Assembly: GCA_026394195.1 (NCBI GenBank)
Contig: JAPKYS010000054.1
Coordinates: 20,583-84,582 of the forward strand
Direction: 5' to 3'
From: a bacterium
Lineage (GTDB): Bacteria > Electryoneota > B3-LCP
DNA: 64,000 nt
Below are positions 60,419 through 64,000 of this stretch, one piece after another. The first letter of the stretch is position 1; each line of letters opens with the position of its first letter. The position numbers were made by a program, and so were the translations under genes. The notes beneath the pieces are model-generated. The model saw only the letters and a program-made list of their open reading frames with translations. It was not told where the DNA came from and searched no databases.

Positions 60419-61510
60419 CTAATCAAACTTTCTCCCTTTCCACTGTACCCGACGCCTGGTCAATGTGAGATAGCCCAGGTACGGCGCTGAGCACGTGTAA
60501 AAGAGCTCCCAAAGTACGAAATAACGCAGCAACTCCTTCCACTCCAGCTTGGAAGCAATATGCCTTTGCAAAGCATAATCGAACAGTGAGGTCAACACCC
60601 AGGCGGTCCATGCAGCCGGACACCCGAGAATGATCCCCAACAGAATCAGATAGTGTCGCAGCGCCATGGTAAACACGCAGAGTTTGCCGACGGGATTGAG
60701 CCAACGTATACCGGTGGCCCAACGCAGGCGTTGTTGAGTGAACTTCGACCAGGTGGAAACCCCGGGAGTAATCACTGCCATTTCCGGCGAAATCGGAAAG
60801 GATACGCGAGCTCCCCGCCGGGCTAATGCCTGCACCAGCGCCCGGTCTTCGGTTAAAGAAAAACCGATCCCTTCAAGCCCTCCCACGGATTCATACGCTG
60901 ATCTCCGCACGGAAAGGTTCTTGCCCAGGGCGGCTTGAGGCATACCCCAGCGTGAAAGCGAACTCCCGACGCCTAAGAGGAACAGCCAGTCCAGAGCCTG
61001 TACTTTCGACCATAATCCTTCACCTTCGATGATGGCAAAACCAGCCGCGGCTTCAGCGCTTTCCAGCTCCAGCAGGTGCCGTTCAGCCCAGGTCGGTGTC
61101 AGGATGGCATCGGCGTCGCTGAGCAGCAGCGCTTCATACTGCGCCAATTTGATCCCTTCCTTTAAAGGACGCCATTTCCCGCCGGGTTCGCCAGGAAGCA
61201 ACGCAAGCATATGTAATACCTGGACTTGATACCGACTGCGTGCGGCATAATTATCCATCAGCGCACCGGTGGAATCATTGGAACAGTCATCCACCAGAAT
61301 GACTTCCAGCAGATCGGTCGAAATCGTTTGATCCTCGATGGACTGCAGACAGGCCGGCAGGTCTTTTCCCTCGTCTCTTCCGCAAATAACCAGCGAACCG
61401 CGAAGTGTCTGCGTACCTCTGACGAATTTTTGGCGAAAGCTCAAGCCCACCCGGATGAATAGGGCGAGAAGAATATAGAGCAGAGTAATAATTGCGATTA
61501 GAAGCGTCAT
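60419..61510 (-). CDS. GT2 membrane glycosyltransferase
   Basis: VDDCSNDST, SDAD, TED, QRLRW, with N- and C-terminal TM helices and a WKGR tail. Confidence 0.92.
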   Translation of the reverse strand: MTLLIAIITLLYILLALFIRVGLSFRQKFVRGTQTLRGSLVICGRDEGKDLPACLQSIEDQTISTDLLEVILVDDCSNDSTGALMDNYAARSRYQVQVLHMLALLPGEPGGKWRPLKEGIKLAQYEALLLSDADAILTPTWAERHLLELESAEAAAGFAIIEGEGLWSKVQALDWLFLLGVGSSLSRWGMPQAALGKNLSVRRSAYESVGGLEGIGFSLTEDRALVQALARRGARVSFPISPEMAVITPGVSTWSKFTQQRLRWATGIRWLNPVGKLCVFTMALRHYLILLGIILGCPAAWTAWVLTSLFDYALQRHIASKLEWKELLRYFVLWELFYTCSAPYLGYLTLTRRRVQWKGRKFD

Positions 61511-61515
61511 GGCTG

Positions 61516-62169
61516 TTATCTATTGAGATAGGGCAGATTCAGCGCTGAACAGCGCTTACCGGTCTGTTGAAAAAACTTCAGCAGCTCCTCGGTCAATTCC
61601 AAAACCGGCGCGGGTCTTAAATTCGTGCCGTCATGCAGTGTGATAACGTCTCCGTTGCGCAAACCTTCAATAGCCTTATTGAACAACACCTGGAGATCAT
61701 CCGGGCGATAGTCACCCGGCATCTTCGACCAAAGAATGGTTCTGATGCCGCGCAGTCGTAAAGACAGAATCGTATCCGGACGGATATGACCGAAGGGAGG
61801 TCGGTAAGCCGCCGTAACCTTGACGCCGGCAGCTTGAATCATCGATATAACGCTGTCAAGCTGCTGGTGCAGCATGGAATTGGTCATCAAATATTTCGAC
61901 TCATGCCGCAGACCGTGCAAACCGATGCGATGCCCCCCTTTGTCGATCTCCCGAATCAACTCAGGCCACCAATCACCAGAATTCGCCACTACAAAGAAGG
62001 TGGCTTGGGCGCGGTATCGAGCCAGGACGTCCAGGAGTTGTGGTGTCACTTCGGGATCAGGGCCGTCATCATAGGTCAGGTACACGGCTCCATCAGCAGG
62101 ATCGGCAAAAAATACTGCTCCGGGAAGCAGTATCCTAGCCAGAATCCCGGGATATTTCCAGGGTTTCAT
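61516..62169 (-). CDS. Polysaccharide deacetylase (CE4/NodB)
   Basis: LTYDDGP, ATFF, GLHGLRH, YRPPFG, ITLHDG. Confidence 0.92.
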   Translation of the reverse strand: MKPWKYPGILARILLPGAVFFADPADGAVYLTYDDGPDPEVTPQLLDVLARYRAQATFFVVANSGDWWPELIREIDKGGHRIGLHGLRHESKYLMTNSMLHQQLDSVISMIQAAGVKVTAAYRPPFGHIRPDTILSLRLRGIRTILWSKMPGDYRPDDLQVLFNKAIEGLRNGDVITLHDGTNLRPAPVLELTEELLKFFQQTGKRCSALNLPYLNR

Positions 62170-63163
62170 GCTTTTTTGTCTTTCGGAAAATGCCGGATCG
62201 ATTGCCCAGCAATTCCTTCCAATATGGCCCCAGAGATTCCATTACCTCCGCCGGGGATGTGAAAAAATCGATGGCGAAATATTGATACCAACCGCAGCGC
62301 CGGTCGCAGGATTTCATACTCTGGCGGTACTCTTTGGCTTCCGGTGTAACTAAGAAATCCATCAATGGCGTCACAGCCAGATTCATGGGTTTGGTTCCCA
62401 GTGTGCGGCAGGGGTAGAATAGCCCGCCGTCGCTGTCGATAATAATGGAGGCAGCCGAACAGCCTGATTCACCGTTGACCGCATCGAGATAGCGGCGCGG
62501 CGTCAAGATGGTGCGGGGATAGCGTTGTTTCAATCTCAGCACTTCGCTGCGGAAGCCGCTGGGATCGGGAAAGTGATGTTCTGCGCCATCCAACTCGACT
62601 GCAGGCATAATCAATATTTTAGCGCTCTGCGCGGCGCAACGGTCGACTTTTGCTTCCAACACGTCCAATTCACCCCGCCTGACTACAGTCTGAACGCAGA
62701 CAATCCAGGGAAAGCGTACCAACTGCGGTAATTGATCGAAAAGCTGCAAATTGTCGTGCCCTTCATCGATGGAAACGTGCAGAAAATCGATATAACGGCT
62801 GTATCGTTCCAGAGGATAATCCAATAAATTCCGAACGCTGGTGGTAAAGAGCAGATAAAACGGCTGTTTCGCCGCCTCCTGCAGTAGGATCTCGATATCT
62901 TTACGTAAGAGAGGCTCGCCGCCTTCCAGAGATGCCAGCACGATGGATGACTTCCCCAGGTTGCGGATTACCTTGATCATACCCTCGGTATCCAGATCGA
63001 GAGCAGGCTGTCTCCAGACGTTGCAGAAGGAACAGTGGAAGCCGCAGTGGTCGGTAACCTTAAGAGACGCATAAAAGGGGTAGACACCCTCACCGCTGTG
63101 CCGATTCAGGTAGAGCCAACGCGCCACCTTGAGCAGCTTGGAAACGGGCAGCATCCTGATCAT
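62135..63163 (-). CDS. Radical SAM protein
   Basis: Start ATG 63163 (ATGA overlap with the upstream GT2 gene). CGFHCSFC, EGGEPLLR, VSIDEG, C-terminal C..PC..CDRRC. Confidence 0.92.
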   Translation of the reverse strand: MIRMLPVSKLLKVARWLYLNRHSGEGVYPFYASLKVTDHCGFHCSFCNVWRQPALDLDTEGMIKVIRNLGKSSIVLASLEGGEPLLRKDIEILLQEAAKQPFYLLFTTSVRNLLDYPLERYSRYIDFLHVSIDEGHDNLQLFDQLPQLVRFPWIVCVQTVVRRGELDVLEAKVDRCAAQSAKILIMPAVELDGAEHHFPDPSGFRSEVLRLKQRYPRTILTPRRYLDAVNGESGCSAASIIIDSDGGLFYPCRTLGTKPMNLAVTPLMDFLVTPEAKEYRQSMKSCDRRCGWYQYFAIDFFTSPAEVMESLGPYWKELLGNRSGIFRKTKKHETLEISRDSG

Positions 63164-64000
63164 GATGGGGCCGCCTCCGGTGTCTGTGCTGCCGTCTTGC
63201 CGGTCCGTTTGAACCGCTCCCCCTTCCAGCGAAATCCCCAGAAGTGTCCGCCGATGCTGAACGTTAAAATGGCGGGAATATGGATCAGTTCCAACACCGA
63301 GAATGTCAGCCAATCAGGCTGCAGAGCGAAAGTTCTCCATCCTTGCGCCATCACCCGCCCTTCCTGCAGAAATTTAAATCCGAAAAGGATCATCCCCGCC
63401 CCGGTGGATAAGCCTGCCAGCCAGAAAAACGGAGTCAGGAACAGAGAGAGAAAAAACAGGAAGGTTAATAGAGCAAACGTCAGCGCCAATGGCGTATAGG
63501 AGAGTCCGCCGGAACCCCAGCGCAGCCGCTGATTGAGCACCTGAATCGGTTTTTCTTCAGGCCAGGATCGCACCAATGTATCAGGGTCGGCGCTGAACCG
63601 TATTCTCCATCTTCCCCCTTGGCGGATATGCTGTAACAGCAGTGTGTCATCGCCGGTTATGACCTGTTGGAATTGATCGAACCCACCCGCATCCGCGAAC
63701 GCTTCACGTCGAATCGCCAGGTTGCTGCCGTTGCAATTGAAGGCGTAGCCCCGGGCGATTGCGCCCGCCGCAAAAAAAGAGTGCGAAAGATAATCCAATT
63801 GCTGCAACCTTTGCCAGAAGGGTTCGGGTCCGGCTCGATCGAAGATGGTCAACCCCGTCACCACGCCGGTTTCTGCGGAAAATCCACCGATCAGCCCGCT
63901 GATCCAGCCGGGAGCGACACGACAATCGCCGTCCGTGGTGATGACGATTTCACCGGTTGCGGTTTGCCACCCCCGTCTGATGGCATTTTTCTTGGGTGAA
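63160..64000 (-). CDS. GT2 membrane glycosyltransferase, 5' end outside the window
   Basis: The frame is open to the window edge (SPKKNAI..TTDGDC). CNGSNLA, TGDD, QRLRW, WKG. Confidence 0.9.
   Translation of the reverse strand, partial: SPKKNAIRRGWQTATGEIVITTDGDCRVAPGWISGLIGGFSAETGVVTGLTIFDRAGPEPFWQRLQQLDYLSHSFFAAGAIARGYAFNCNGSNLAIRREAFADAGGFDQFQQVITGDDTLLLQHIRQGGRWRIRFSADPDTLVRSWPEEKPIQVLNQRLRWGSGGLSYTPLALTFALLTFLFFLSLFLTPFFWLAGLSTGAGMILFGFKFLQEGRVMAQGWRTFALQPDWLTFSVLELIHIPAILTFSIGGHFWGFRWKGERFKRTGKTAAQTPEAAPS

Noticed and set aside
63164-63313. N-terminal extension of the radical SAM ORF
   Set aside because: It overlaps the upstream GT2 coding region, and ATG 63163 forms a typical ATGA coupling.

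Overview
This is a 64-kb chromosomal window from a moderately GC-rich diderm bacterium, probably anaerobic. It looks like an FCB-superphylum lineage outside Bacteroidota: it has T9SS-type C-terminal sorting domains, porU/porV-like genes, a bat operon and bshC, yet uses canonical TTGACw-N17-TATATT promoters and GGAG Shine-Dalgarno sites. The taxonomy is inference. In order, the window contains: a partial secreted-protein gene; a SAM methyltransferase coupled to bshC; two stand-alone Lrp/AsnC ligand-binding proteins; secreted M1 and C25 peptidases with sorting domains; an ADP-forming acyl-CoA synthetase; blc/ytxH/DUF948; a cusCBA efflux operon followed by a stump of a second cusA allele; a 7-blade SBBP propeller protein; pgpA-pgsA; the 4-subunit pyruvate:ferredoxin oxidoreductase; recR-ybaB-dnaX with a long Alu-containing SRP RNA and tRNA-Ala(CGC); an envelope cluster (FlgT-like trio, SLBB protein, lipoprotein, PorV-like, PorU-like); an AT-rich 3-gene island; a moxR-DUF58-batABCDE operon in which batA is broken by a deletion; and a GT2/radical SAM/deacetylase/PHP cluster. 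The most unusual layer is a dense set of short palindromic (REP-like) elements. They stack in almost every intergenic region, nest inside one another, and are translated in frame inside at least two genes and one gene remnant. Other highlights are codon-position-biased diversification of the propeller repeats and a cassette-like island between a cargo-type promoter and an orphan sorting-domain remnant. No CRISPR array, transposase, integrase or reverse transcriptase was seen.
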